39,806 bases of DNA from Tubiluchus corallicola (Eukaryota > Animalia > Priapulida): positions 1 through 39,806 of the forward strand of contig JAQGDQ010001462.1 in assembly GCA_030141605.1 (NCBI GenBank). The letters run 5' to 3'. This document shows, piece after piece, positions 1 to 11,585 of this stretch. The position numbers and the translations under genes were made by a program. Numbering within the stretch: the stretch's first letter is position 1; each line of letters opens with the position of its first letter. Below the pieces are notes generated by a model. It was not told the DNA's origin and made no database searches. It saw nothing but the letters and a program-made list of their open reading frames with translations.

Positions 1-412
1 TGTGCTATTTTACCGTACCATTTTCCTGTGCTATTTTACCGTGCCATTTTTCCTGTGCTATTTTACCGTACCATTTTCCTGTGCTATTTTACCGTACCAT
101 TTTCCTGTGCTATTTTACCGTGCCATTTTTCCTGTGCTATTTTACCGTACCATTTTCCTGTGCTATTTTACCGTACCATTTTCCTGTGCTATTTTACCGT
201 GCCATTTTTCCTGTGCTATTTTACCGTGCCATTTTTCCTGTGCTATTTTACCGTACCATTTTCCTGTGCTATTTTTACCGTGCCATTTTTCCTGTGCTAT
301 TTTACCGTGCCATTTTTCCTGTGCTATTTTACCGTACCATTTTCCTGTGCTATTTTACCGTGCCATTTTTCCTGTGCTATTTTTACCGTGCCATTTTTCC
401 TGTGCTATTTTT
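1..412. repeat. Minisatellite, 26-28 bp unit TGTGCTATTTTACCGT(A/G)CCATTTT(T)CC, in the third intron of the - strand GNAT gene; truncated by the window edge
   Basis: About 15 directly visible tandem units. The overlapping ORFs 2..475, 28..471 and 81..434 are translations of this repeat. Confidence 0.95.
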
Positions 413-495
413 ACCTACATTCATGCAAACTTAGATTATTGGGTCGTGATCAAGTCGGAAGACAAAAGTAGATAGTGTATCGGTAGTTGCCTTAC

Positions 496-729
496 CACGT
501 CAATAAATCTATTCCAAGACCTTGGTGCAGCAGCGCCATCTGTACTTCCGTCAACTAATCGAGTTCCCAACATGTACTTGACCGAGGGCCATTTTTCCAA
601 AGTCTCCTTCAAAGAATAGCTTCTTAGTTTATAATTCAGACCATGTTTCTGGTGACTCCTGTGTATTCTAAGCGCATGTCCACAAACAGTCTCGCCGGCA
701 TCAATTAGCAGGTGAAATCTAAAGCCCAC
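496..729 (-). CDS. NAT16-like: NAT16/HISAT-like GNAT acetyltransferase, paralogue A, coding exon 3 (gene continues beyond the left edge)
   Basis: Acceptor ctctttag|GTG at 730/729 and donor GACGTG|gtaag at 496/495; 234 nt, phase 0/0. Encodes VGFRFHLLIDAGETVCGHALRIHRSHQKHGL...WPSVK, resembling the NAT16 segment VIDAGETVLVEGLRV..RGKG and aligning to + exon 10557-10799. Confidence 0.85.
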
Positions 730-1233
730 CTAAAGAGCGCATGCGTGTAGTTAGATACTAAATTATCATATTAATTTTTGCTGTCGCTTTTGCTAGACAC
801 TTATTATTGCAGAGAAGTAAAAATTAATTTATCTAACGACAAAAAAATCTGTGTTCAAGTTGCACAATGTTACAATGGCATGCGCTGTACATTAGTGAAG
901 AGGATCTGGGACTGGCCTCCCATTGCAATACTTTCTTATAACTAATTAAGATTTTGATTACAGCAGAATCTTCTTGATTTACCACAGGGTTTTTATTTCT
1001 TTATTATTATTACTATTTACGCCTTTTTGTTTTGCTAATAACTCACACGCGCACAGGGCTAGGTTCACGAAACTCACAGGGCACACTCCCCGGGCAGGAG
1101 GATCACGGGACCTGTCACCTTCGGGTCAAAGGTCACGGAGCGGGCTGAACATCTTGTTTTTTTCGTTAGTAAGTTTCTTTATTTATCACCTTTTTTAAAA
1201 GAAAAACACAGAGCATGAAATGATAATATGATA

Positions 1234-1313
1234 GTGAGTGAGTGAGTGAGTGAGTGAGTGAGTGAGTGAGTGAGTGAGTGAGTGAGTGAGCGAGTGAGTA
1301 AGTAAGTAAGTAG
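1234..1313. repeat. (GAGT)n/(AAGT)n microsatellite flanked by a 65-bp direct duplication (1169-1233 and 1314-1378)
   Basis: Directly visible; both flanks read gtaagt.tctttatttatcacctttttt..aaga.aaacacagagcatgaaatgataatatgata. Confidence 0.9.
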
Positions 1314-2052
1314 GTAAGTATCTTTATTTATCACCTTTTTTACAAGATAAACACAGAGCATGAAATGATAATATGATACAAAGTGACAAAATTATTAAAT
1401 GAGTAAATTATCTGAGTTAATGATGTTCAAGTGATTGGTGAAAGGGTGGCGAAAAACTAAAAGTTACCAAAGTCAACCACCCTGTAAGTAATGTTGCTAT
1501 TAGTAATATGCGCAATTATCTTGACGAAGATTTCAGAATAAGGTGTGTAAAACTATTGAGATTAACTTTAAATTTGAACATAAATTTCATGGACATAAAG
1601 GCATAATAAATACATATAATGTTGATATTCTAAGCAATGTGTAAATTTACGCAGACAGAATTGCCTTACCTCTTTAACTTTATTTACATGTTAGTACTGA
1701 ATATGGTACGTTTCCAATATAGAGTGACTGGATCTCCTCCGACAGTTTTTGAGCTAGTAAAATCGTGATGGTCGGGGGCGCTAATGCTCCCTTTTCGATT
1801 AACAATGGCGTGTAATATATCAAATGAAAGGTCTCGATGAGACGCATCGAGTGGTGTAAGTTTTGGCTATTTTGGTGGACGCTGAACGTCAATATCACAA
1901 GTTAAATGAAAAAATTTCTAATTTCAGTATTGAAATGTTCGCGAAACATCGTCGAATCATGTAAAACTGAATTCTTGCACAATGCAAATGACGTCATAGT
2001 CTGCCTCGGTATTATAGCCGTTATAAATCGAACGTGATTGCTTGAAAGATAT

Positions 2053-2111
2053 GTGTCATAACGGTCATAGTGTTGTATTTTGCATCTAAAAGTCGCAGGT
2101 TCAAGTCCCAC
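2053..2111 (+). mobile_element. Degenerate tRNA-derived (SINE-head-like) sequence
   Basis: A-box-like TGTCATAACGG and B-box GGTTCAAGTCC at tRNA-like spacing; no intact cloverleaf. Confidence 0.35.
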
Positions 2112-2975
2112 TTAAAGTTTGTCAAGCACAACAGTATTTGCATACATGTTACCTATTTTGAAAAACATTTTTATATGACGATGATGATGATGATGATGAT
2201 GACTGCAATACAGGTAAAACTCCATGCATCAATATAACTTACCACCTCTTACCATAACTTACTCGTTGAAACCAAAGCACTAAACTTGTTATCGAAAAGA
2301 GGAACACGGTCTTTTTTTACACAGTATTGGGGAAGCAGCCACAAATGAATGCGCATGTCATACTGGGGAAGCACAAACTTCTGACCATCTACTCTTTAAT
2401 TGTAGTTTAGTTGGCCAAGAAGCCAGAAAAAATCTTATCGATGTTCTGCCCAACCGGGAATTAAGAGAGATTTACTTTAAAAGAAATGCATTAGTTTTAT
2501 ACAAGTGGTGAAAGATATTATTTACAGAAATCTAATGTAGTTTTTATTACTTCGGGTTAGCTGAGAATATACAGTGTGAAAAAACAGTAAAATAAATAAA
2601 TTTATATATTTTATTATAATTATAACGATGCAGAGTAAGTTTAACATAAATATGGGTAAACTTTCTGAACCATAGTTACTACTAATTCTAGTTGTGATTA
2701 TTTATATAGTTTGTACGTGAATGTTGTATTTTGTGTAATTATTTTTCTTATATTATATGTACGAACAACATCTGAGTATTGTGTGTCAACTTGTTCTTAC
2801 CATTGTCTAGAATTATTCATAATGTCTTTTTGTGTGACTTGTTTTTGGATCTAATTGTACTTTTGTTACCTGTGTCATAATGTATAATTGTATTTCCTTT
2901 GGATGTATTAGATTGAAATGATTCATTGTATACCTGCAAAAAGAGGTTAATAAAAGAGTTATAATAAATAATAAT

Positions 2976-3185
<210 letters not shown>

Positions 3186-3341
3186 CATAATGTCTTTTTG
3201 TGTGACTTGTTTTTGGATCTAGTTGTACTTTTGTTACCCATGTCATAATGTATAATTGTATTTCCTTGGATGTATCAGATTGAAATGATTCATTGTATAC
3301 CTGCAAAAAGAGGTTAATAAAAGAGTTATTATAATAATTAC

Positions 3342-3489
3342 CACCTCTCCATTGCACTCAATTACGAAACCTAAAAAGTTCCGGCGCTGGAAATAATGTT
3401 CAAGATTGTAAGCAAGATAGTCATACTCCTCGTATGGTATATGCACGTCCATCTTGATAATTGCATCTTTGTCGTCTGGTGTAGCCAAC
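3342..3489 (-). CDS. NAT16-like: NAT16/HISAT-like GNAT acetyltransferase, paralogue A, coding exon 2
   Basis: Acceptor gtgtctgtttctag|G (phase 2) and donor GAGGTG|gtaatt (phase 0); 148 nt, the same length and phases as + exon 8919-9066. Encodes (R)LATPDDKDAIIKMDVHIPYEEYDYLAYNLEHYFQRRNFLGFVIECNGEV with the NAT16-type DYL motif. Confidence 0.85.
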
Positions 3490-3589
3490 CTAGAAACAGA
3501 CACTCCCGCCTCAGAAATTTGGTCAGTGTATTTAGAGAACTTATTTTAATCATTTGTGAAGCTTTGTTGTTTCTTTTACAATGCATCGA

Positions 3590-3680
3590 CCGACATGCAT
3601 TTATGGAACTTACTACCCAGTGAAATAAAACTAATAGAATCTCTCCACCACTTTAAAAAGAAATTAAAAGAATATCAATA
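3590..3680 (+). mobile_element. Short 3'-terminal fragment of a CR1/L2-group LINE ORF2
   Basis: Peptide LWNLLPSEIKLIESLHHFKKKLKEY matches the conserved WNxLP...S...FK..L C-terminus (compare IWNRLPCDVRTATSVNLFKSKLD in the LINE near 25090). Confidence 0.6.
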
Positions 3681-4161
3681 TAACAGGTTTCAACTTCCAC
3701 ATTGTGCATCTGATACTAATTACACAGACTCAACTTTCATCTACCCCCGCCCCCTGACTCCATAAAACGATTAAAAATGTAATTTTTTTAAAAAATTATG
3801 TAATGTAATACGTGTTATGTTAGTTTTGTAATGTCAAATGTATAAATAGTATAAAGGTAATGAGTGAAATTTATGTAATGTAAAGCATGTTTCTGTTAAT
3901 CGTGTCATGTCAAATGTATATATTGTGTAAAATATGTCATGTAAAATTTAATGTACTTTTGCAATATTGTTTTGTAAAAATATTTTAATATGGTGTTGTA
4001 AATATGTTCATTTATTGTATATAATTAGGCCTTAGTTTTGCACTTTAGTTTTTTTAGTCTGCACTGGACGCATTTGTCTTGAACAGTGTTGTTATTTTAA
4101 CATTACGCTGAGGCTTACTCAATTTTATTATAATGAGTGAACCATTTTAAAGACAAATAAA

Positions 4162-4199
<38 letters not shown>

Positions 4200-4367
4200 T
4201 GCTACCCTATGTATACAATAAAAACTGTGGACAAGAAATTGGTAACACGTCAAGTCACTATGTTATTACTAATGCTAAAGTTAAAAATGAAGGAATTACT
4301 TCCAGAATTTCACACCCTGTGCAAGTGCCTAGTTTGCCTAGTGGTAGAGCCGGCCATGTTGCTTGAG

Positions 4368-4731
4368 CAATAACATATGTATAATAATAAATAAGACAGG
4401 TTAAAATGGATGCAGAAGAGGTGCCTATTTCAGCCTAAGCGAGGCCAGGGGAAGTGGGGGGTGTGAAGCCTCCTTGGGGGGGGGGACGAAGAGCCGGGGA
4501 GCGGGCGCCATCATGGTTGGCGGCCATAAAATTTTTGAACTGCTAGAACGCCGGAGAAGCATTTTCGAAGAGAAAATATGGAGTTATACAGTTGTTAAAG
4601 GAAAGAACAATTGAAAGAAAAACTGCTTTATTCTCAACACCAGTCCTTAATACTTGTCAAATAGTCAAATAAAAAACAACATCTCTGCAATATGTAATAC
4701 CGTACTCTCACTTCTGTACAAGCCATCTTCT
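4368..4731 (+). mobile_element. Unclassified ~365-bp interspersed repeat, copy 1 (intron 1 of paralogue A)
   Basis: Highly similar end to end to 11093-11458 in the same orientation; GC-rich core with G-runs. Confidence 0.8.
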
Positions 4732-4954
4732 GACTTTTTGCTTCGCAAAGTTATCAATTAACTTAGTTAACATCAAGGCCTCTTGGTACATCCACATTCA
4801 TACGAAACAGCTGAACATCGGCACCGAGCCGCACATTTAATGTAGATAACTCTAAACGTTATAGGTCAGCGACTCGCTACGTTGTTTTAATGTAAGTAAT
4901 GCTAAGCATGATTTTATAATAATTAATTTAAGAAATGTGCTTTGCTTTCCTTAC

Positions 4955-4968
4955 CTGAACACATACAT
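4955..4968 (-). CDS. NAT16-like: NAT16/HISAT-like GNAT acetyltransferase, paralogue A, first coding exon (MYVF-R)
   Basis: ATG TAT GTG TTC AG|gtaag; the phase-2 end fits the acceptor at 3489 and mirrors ATG TAC ACA TTC AG|gtagg at 6410 on the + strand. Confidence 0.8.
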
Positions 4969-6409
4969 TATTGTACAGACATGTATACCTGTAAGCACGT
5001 ATACGTTACTGTATTTATCAATGTGCGCAGAGTTACAGAGAAAAGAATGTGATTACAGTGGGTGAAGAAATGATAATCGAACTTTAAAGACTAAAGTCCA
5101 CAGTGCAAGATGTAGTGTTGCGTTTATAACCCATGTGTTGAATAACTTGATATTTGTCTGGGTTTAGTACCAAATACAAGAAATAAACTTAGCAGTGGTG
5201 ACTCATGTATAGGTACAGTGGAGCTGCAGCACCCCCTGTTTTCACTTAATATTATCGATAATATTCAAGCTCCCCTTGTTTTCACTCAATATTATCGATA
5301 ATATTCAGTATAATATCTTTTTTCTTTAGTTCTTTCTTTATACATGTATGGTCCAGAGCACGTGAGGGTAGTACTGTTTGCTTCACAGCCCAACACAGTG
5401 CGTTCACAGTGTGATAATCTGTCAAAGCGCGATAATCTGTCAAGTTCATGTCCCTGGTTTCTTCTTTGATAAACAAAGTTGACAGTAGATGGCACTACTA
5501 TACTAGCCTGGGAGATAATAATTACATAGATAAACAAAATAAACTTTTCACTACAAAATTAAACTCATTGACGCTACTCTGCTTATCTTAACAAACCTAA
5601 TTGTAGAAATTTAATTAGTACGATAAAAATGAGAGCACTATTGTATAGGGCTGTCACACACAGCTCAAGCAGCATGGTGTTTCTTTTAGTCATGTGACAA
5701 GTGACTCATATAGGAATCAAGATCAATTTAATTTAAAATGAGCTTTACACATATTTTTGGCACCACGCTTAAGAGGTGCTAATAGATAATCTTGAAATGG
5801 TGCTTTACAGATACAATAGGTACCATACACGTCTGCTTTTCCCGATTTTTAAATTAGTCAATTAAGAAAATTAATTAATTAAAGAGGTCCAATTATTTAA
5901 CTAATTAACAAAAGGATTGTTACAGTTTTTGTTTCTTTACCAAGGACATCCTAGCAGATCATCGTACTAAATTTCAACTTATTCTAACTATAAAACGTAA
6001 CCTTAAATTTACTGTGTTTAGGCAGATTAAGTTCTGACAGAACACCTGAATTATTTCCACCAACGAGTGCACTTATTTACGGAGAACAAATTACCACTAA
6101 CGCCCTCTTTTGGGCAGTAATTTTTAGTCCTTTTGCCCTGTTTGTACCTGTTTATGAGGAAAACTTGCCTCCAGTCAACAGACACACGTGACGTACTTTG
6201 ACCTTTGCCAAGTTACTAACCACAGAGTAGCATGTGTAACAAAGTTAACCATCTGAAATTACAGGTGTCGCTTTGTGTTTAGGGTAACTTGCTGACATTA
6301 TTGCAATTAAATCAAACTAAAGATGATCGATTTTGGCTGATTTTTGTTGATGATTTAATTGATTGACATTGACTATTAGCGGAGAAGCCAACGTTTGGGA
6401 TACTCTAGG

Positions 6410-6423
6410 ATGTACACATTCAG
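6410..6423 (+). CDS. NAT16-like: NAT16/HISAT-like GNAT acetyltransferase, paralogue B, first coding exon (MYTF-R)
   Basis: ATG TAC ACA TTC AG|gtagg; the phase-2 end fits the acceptor at 8919; homologous to 4955-4968 on the - strand. Confidence 0.8.
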
Positions 6424-7503
6424 GTAGGTGTGTTTCTTGCACTGAAAGAGTGAGAGAGACAGACAGAGGGGGAGAAAGAAAGAAAGGAGAGATTATAATC
6501 ATTATCGTCATCAACATCGTCGTCATGGTTGTCGTCATGTCGTCGTCGTTATCATCATCATCGTCATCATCGTTGTTGTAGGGAACGGCTGGTATAATGT
6601 ATTCAGCCCACGAATTTCAAAGTGATGACGTCACAAAATTACAAATCAGGAATAGTCAGGTAGCAGCAGCGTAGGTCACGTATAAGGTGGGTAGTCGTCA
6701 ACATGACAAATCAGTTAAAATGTGTTATTGTGATGCCAATTTTGTGTTTGCTATTGTATTTGTCAGTTTGTTATTATAACTTACGTGTCTTAGTGGAATT
6801 TCTTGCACCAATGTGACTATGACGTAAGTAAATTGACGTATACTTACATAAAATAAGCATATTTGTCTATCGCTTCGGCTCGTTTGTGACGTAGCAGGCT
6901 GACGGAACATGGCAACTAATGTCTAATTAGCAGATAAACTGGTTGTACTTCTTCATACACAAAATTTGCAACGAATTATTTCTTCAAGAAATTAAAACTT
7001 CAAGTAGCCAAAAAATGTCTTTACAATTTAAGCAGAATGTAGCGAGAAAGTTTCAAAGAACTACAGAATGCACTAACGTTATTGTCTAGTCGGGTGTAAG
7101 TCTAACTTTCAGACAAAAAATCTCTCTTCCCCTTGAGTATACGAACATATCCCACCTTTGAAACGGAAGTGATGCTGACAAGCCTCTGCAAACTCAACGT
7201 CTGATCTCAGTAAATTATCTTGGCAATCACGGAGAAAGGTTCCAGTCCTACTGCACCAGTGAACATGACTGTTGTAGACTTTTCCTCCCCTTCTGCCTCC
7301 CCTTATCCAGCTTGTAGAGTCGAATTAAATGAATTAAATGCTCATTGTGAAAGTCATGTTTAAAGTTGTAGATCAATCACTTTGTTATGATTGAGTTTAG
7401 GCACAGAAGTATGAACAAGAATAAAAAATCTATAATACATATTTGCACTGCACACAACAGAAAAGTGTTTATTAAAACTACAGACACACGAGTAGCATGA
7501 CTG

Positions 7504-8672
7504 CTGCACTGAACACTGAGAATGAGAGAGTGAGAGAGTCTCCTGCACTGAACACTGAGAGTGAGAGTCTCCTGCACTGAACACTGAGAGTGAGAGTCTC
7601 CTGCACTGAACACTGAGAGTGAGAGTCTCCTGCACTGAACACTGAGAATGAGAGGGTGAGAGTCTCCTGCACTGAACACTGAGAATGAGAGAGTGAGAGT
7701 CTCCTGCACTGAACACTGAGAATGAGAGAGTGAGAGTCTCCTGCACTGAACACTGAGAATGAGAGAGTGAGAGTCTCCTGCACTGAACACTGAGAATGAG
7801 AGAGTGAGAGTCTCCTGCACTGAACACTGAGAGTGAGAGTCTCCTGCACTGAACACTGAGAATGAGAGAGTGAGAGTCTCCTGCACTGAACACTGAGAAT
7901 GAGATCTCCTGCACTGAACACTGAGAATGAGATCTCCTGCACTGAACACTGAGAATGAGATCTCCTGCACTGAACACTGAGAATGAGATCTCCTGCACTG
8001 AACACTGAGAATGAGAGAGTGAGAGTCTCCTGCACTGAACACTGAGAGTGAGAGTGAGAGTCTCCTGCACTGAACACTGAGAGTGAGAGTGAGAGTTTCC
8101 TGCACTGAACACTGAGAGTGAGAGTCTCCTGCACTGAACACTGAGAGTTAGAGTGTGAGAGTCTCCTGCACTGAACACTGAGAGTGAGAGTGAGAGTCTC
8201 CTGCACTGAATACTGAGAGTGAGAGTGAGAGTCTCTTGTGAGAGTCTCCTGCACTGAACACTGAGAGTGAGAGAGTGAGAGTCTTCTGCACTGAACACTG
8301 AGAGTGAGAGTCTCCTGCACTGAACACTGAGAGTGAGAGTCTCCTGCACTGAACACTGAGAGTGAGAGTGAGAGTCTCCTGCACTGAACACTGAGAGTGA
8401 GAGTGAGAGTCTCCTGCACTGAACACTGAGAGTTAGAGTGAGAGTCTCCTGCACTGAACACTGAGAGTGAGAGTCTCCTGCACTGAACACTGAGAGTGAG
8501 AGTGAGAGTCTCCTGCACTGAACACTGAGAGTGAGAGTGAGAGTCTCCTGCACTGAACACTGAGAGTGAGAGTGAGAGTCTCCTGCACTGAACACTGAGA
8601 GTTAGAGTGAGAGTCTCCTGCACTGAACACTGAGAGTTAGAGTTTCCTGCACTGAACACTGAGAGTGAGAGT
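7504..8672. repeat. Minisatellite: constant core TCTCCTGCACTGAACACTGAGA plus variable GAGTGA/GAATGA linker, about 35 units mostly of 28, 29, 35 or 37 bp (intron 1 of paralogue B)
   Basis: Directly visible; the long - strand ORFs between 7360 and 8659 are translations of it. Confidence 0.95.
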
Positions 8673-8918
8673 GACTAGAAAGTAAAACCAGTCAGTATAT
8701 ATAGGTATAGCTGACCTATGCAGACTTGCAAAGGCTTCACAAAAACCATTACTTTAAAATAGGGAGAGAACCAGTGAATATGCATTCACTGGACCATACA
8801 ATTATACTGGGGGTAAGTCGGCTGGTAGAATGTAACAGGATTAGCCAATAGATGGTAGCACCTAATTATAATGTACAATTCCAACTTCCACACTCACAAA
8901 AATTGTGTTTGTTTGTAG

Positions 8919-9066
8919 AAAAGCTACTTTGGCTGATAGAGATGCAATCGTTAAAATGAATGTAGTCCTACGGGGACCGGAATACGACTACGTTGCTTAT
9001 AACTATGACCATTACTGTCACAGTTGGAATTTTCAAGCTTTTGTCTGCGAGTACGAAGGAAAAATT
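8919..9066 (+). CDS. NAT16-like: NAT16/HISAT-like GNAT acetyltransferase, paralogue B, coding exon 2 (not in ORF track)
   Basis: gtgtttgtttgtag|A ... AAAATT|gtaag; 148 nt. Encodes (R)KATLADRDAIVKMNVVLRGPEYDYVAYNYDHYCHSWNFQAFVCEYEGKI, colinear with paralogue A exon 2. Confidence 0.88.
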
Positions 9067-9107
9067 GTAAGTTTGCGGTTTTAGGTTGTCTAAAATTTAG
9101 TGTTTAA

Positions 9108-9567
9108 CCCTTTCAGTCCCAAATAATTTTTTTAATAAGAAAAAAAATTTTGGCTTGGTACTTTTGCTCAGCATGTCAATCTTGTTTACACATAATAATT
9201 ATTTTTTTCTACCTGTGCCCGCGTGCTAAATATAGCCTGTATCCCACGGGATACATTGGGATTCAATGGAAGCATAAAATGTGCTTCATTTTGCAACTGC
9301 TGATAATTTTTTAAAGTATTTAAGACATTTAGTATGCACGCTATGCTGATCTGTACAAAGTCGTCTCTAAAGTACTGTGCCTTGCGCAGTTTTTTATGCT
9401 ATGTAGATTTTCTAGTTTGCCATTTTATCAGCATTTTTAGTCTATTGTTATTGGCTTAAAGCAAAATAACTATTAACAGATCAAATAACTGTCAGTTTTA
9501 AAATTTTATTAAATTTAAAGGCAGAAAACATTCTCGTATCCCACGGGATACAATGGGTATGAACGGG
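9108..9567 (+). mobile_element. piggyBac-like non-autonomous element (MITE), copy 1
   Basis: TTAA on both sides (9104-9107, 9568-9571); TIR CCCTTTCAGTCCC / GGGTATGAACGGG; internal palindrome GTATCCCACGGGATAC twice; near-identical copies at 29327 and 34523. Confidence 0.88.
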
Positions 9568-10396
9568 TTAACAAAATAAATAAATAAATAACATTGCCTA
9601 TCGCTCGCTTCCCTTCTGCGACTGCTTAAATTCTATTTAATTTTAACTTTTTTTCATAATTTACCTGCTATTTACATTTCAATCGTATTACAATGCTAAA
9701 AATGATCTATTCTTGTTTTGGTACGTTGACTTATTTGCATTTTAAATAAACCTTTCAGTCTAATTTTAGCAAAACGTATATTATTGTTGTTGTTGTTGTT
9801 GTTGTTGATGTTATTATTATTATTATGAGTTTATTTCGTATAAAAATATACAGTTTATAAAGATAAAGATGTTAGTAAAACAGGTAATGCGATGTTAGTA
9901 AAGTAACATATCTACAGACATTCAACTTTATAATAACCACACATTGTAGTTCCCTTGTAATTATTTTACTTTATACAGTGTTGTAAGGAGCTATAATAGA
10001 TATCTTAAAATATAATCTTTAAATGAGTTCTAAACCTTTAATTTTACATTTTCGTTTAGGTCTACAGTACAACCATATTTAAATCTTAAATAGATTGAAT
10101 TTATATATAATCTTAAATTTATATACACAGTTTTATAAATTTTCATATACATATATAGTTTAGCTCTCGTATTTTATCTACAGCAATTATATTTAAAAAC
10201 CTTATCAAAATTACAATGCCTACATTATTTTAGATACATTTGGCTAACATAGCAGTACATTGCGTTAGTCATAAGAAACAGGAAATATTGTATAAGCTAG
10301 TGGCCCTTTTAAAGCAAACGTGGCCAAAATAAAGGCAGTGTCCACACATTCTAGTTCTAGTCCAGGATCAGTTCTGACTTTTACCATTTTCACAAG

Positions 10397-10463
10397 GGAC
10401 TGCATGGTTTAGCAGTGTAAGGCATGGGCTTAGTGACAGAATATTCTCGGTTCAAATCCAGTT
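10397..10463 (+). mobile_element. Degenerate tRNA-derived (SINE-head-like) sequence
   Basis: A-box-like TGGTTTAGCAGT and B-box GGTTCAAATCC at tRNA-like spacing. Confidence 0.3.
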
Positions 10464-10556
10464 TTAGTCGGAGTTTTTCATATTACCTTTAACAATTGTG
10501 CGTTTCGTCCACGATTGCTATAGATACTGTAGACGGTTTCTGTCTGTTTTTTACAG

Positions 10557-10799
10557 GTAGGTTTCCGGTTTTATCTGCTGATTGACGATGGTCAAACAGT
10601 TCTTGGAAATGCTAGAAGAATTGACAAAAGTCACCAAGGTCATGGCTTGGACACGAGAATGGAAATCCACTGTCTCAGTGAAATTGCGTCAGAGTGGCCA
10701 AGAGTGAAGTGCTTTGTTGGTACGCAAGTGTTAGACGGGCCTGCTGATCTGTCAAAATATTCCTTTTTTCCACATACAGTAACCGTGGCATGTGACGTG
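10557..10799 (+). CDS. NAT16-like: NAT16/HISAT-like GNAT acetyltransferase, paralogue B, coding exon 3 (not in ORF track)
   Basis: ttttttacag|GTA ... GACGTG|gtaag; 243 nt, phase 0/0. Encodes VGFRFYLLIDDGQTVLGNARRIDKSHQGHGLDTRMEIHCLSEIASEWPRVKCFVGTQVLDG...ACDV with the GNAT acetyl-CoA loop QGHGL. Confidence 0.9.
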
Positions 10800-11092
10800 G
10801 TAAGAAAAATGAATTGAGATTTTGCTATATTAAAATTTTATCATTATCCATGGTAATCTGTACTGTTTCTCATTATTTTCATCCTCATCCTTCATCTGCA
10901 TCTGCATCTCCAACTTCATCTCCATCTTTATCACTATCAATGTGTTTATATTTATTTTAAAATTTGCCTTTACTCTATCTTCAGTATCGCCTCTACCATT
11001 TCCTTTCCTTTATTCTCTTTTTAAAAAAAATATCATTTATTTATTAATTTAGTAAGGTATTCATACGTACAATAAAATTTAAATGCATAAAA

Positions 11093-11458
11093 CAATAACA
11101 TATGTATAATAATAAATAAGACAGGTTAAAATGGATGCAGAAGCAGTGCCTATTTCAGCCTAAGCGAGGCCCGGGGAAGTGGGGGGTGTGAGGCCCTCTT
11201 GGGGGGGGGCGAAGAGCCGGGGAGCGGGCGCCACCATGGTCGGCGCCCAGGAAATTTTTGAACTGCAAGAACGCCGGAGAAGCATTTTCGAAGAGAAAAT
11301 ATGGAGGGAGTTATACAGTGATTAAAGGAAAGAACAATTGAAAGAACAACTGCTTTATTCTCAAGACCAGTCCTTAATACTTGTCAAATAGTCAAATCAA
11401 AAACAACAGCTTTGCAATATGTAATACCATACTCTCACTTCTGTACAAGCCATCTTCT
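11093..11458 (+). mobile_element. Unclassified ~365-bp interspersed repeat, copy 2 (intron 3 of paralogue B)
   Basis: Highly similar to 4368-4731. Confidence 0.8.
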
Positions 11459-11585
11459 TTTCACGTTTTCATTACTGTCGATATCTCTCACTAGATGGAG
11501 ACACCATACTGGGTACAATATTCTACAAAAGGGCAAACAATCTGTTGTAAATTGAAAGATCATGTTTGTATTAATATTTTTACAG

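Noticed and set aside
2-475. Three overlapping + strand ORFs
   Set aside because: Translations of the 26-28-bp minisatellite.
7360-8659. Long - strand ORFs (411, 393, 254 aa)
   Set aside because: Open in all three frames because the minisatellite lacks stops on that strand; the peptides are repetitive.
7504-8672. CRISPR-like array (constant core with variable intervening sequence)
   Set aside because: The intervening parts are short GA/GT-rich variants of one another rather than unique spacers; there are no cas genes and the context is a eukaryotic intron.
9960-10240. Possible L1/Tx1-type LINE 3' remnant on the - strand
   Set aside because: Only a vague resemblance in very AT-rich sequence with stops and frameshifts; cannot be supported without a profile search.
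4368-11458. Shared ~365-bp repeat as a remnant of the GNAT gene duplication
   Set aside because: The copies are in non-equivalent introns, in the same absolute orientation although the genes are inverted, and are far more similar than the exons, so they are later independent insertions.
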